Below, piece by piece: positions 7,579 to 7,731 of a DNA stretch of 7,731 bases (position 1 is its first letter; the number at the start of each line of letters is the position of its first letter). The position numbers and the translations under genes were made by a program. Source of the stretch: Octopus sinensis (Eukaryota); assembly GCF_006345805.1 (NCBI RefSeq), contig NW_021828778.1, positions 1 through 7,731 of the forward strand. Direction: 5' to 3'. The notes beneath the pieces are model-generated. The model was not told the origin of the DNA. It was given only the letters and a program-made list of their open reading frames with translations, and did not search any database.

Positions 7579-7731
7579 GTATATTATGTGTATATAGATA
7601 TATATATAATATACTTCGAATGTCCCGTCCTGTGGTTCTTGTGTCGTCTCTGTGGTGTTTCATGTTCTTGTCCATGTCTGTATTTAATTTTACTGTTTAC
7701 CCATATAATCGGCGGCTACGTATCCACATTG

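Noticed and set aside
1-7731. CRISPR array, operon or other prokaryotic system
   Set aside because: No regularly spaced repeats with unique spacers and no dense coding. The sequence is eukaryotic, so GTG/TTG starts in the ORF track are not meaningful.

Overview
Repeat-dense eukaryotic DNA, most likely from an octopus or other coleoid cephalopod. The host is inferred from the SINE family I recognise and the very high microsatellite density; it is not proven. The window holds a decayed Tc1 (DD34E) transposon on the minus strand running off the left edge, and two near-full-length copies (about 94% identical by eye) plus one older inverted half-copy of a tRNA-derived SINE. It also holds remnants of two other SINE-like elements, an 88-bp hAT-type MITE, and large compound microsatellite arrays, one with a hidden ~259-bp higher-order repeat. 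No intact protein-coding gene is recognisable, and nearly all ORFs in the track are artefacts of microsatellites or antisense repeat sequence. One plausible but unverified minus-strand terminal exon (2302-2494) and a CpG-rich single-copy segment (about 6860-7410) are flagged. I see no good evidence for a novel multi-gene system. The most interesting items are structural: a head-to-head SINE pair able to fold back, and the higher-order and inverted relationships among the microsatellite arrays.
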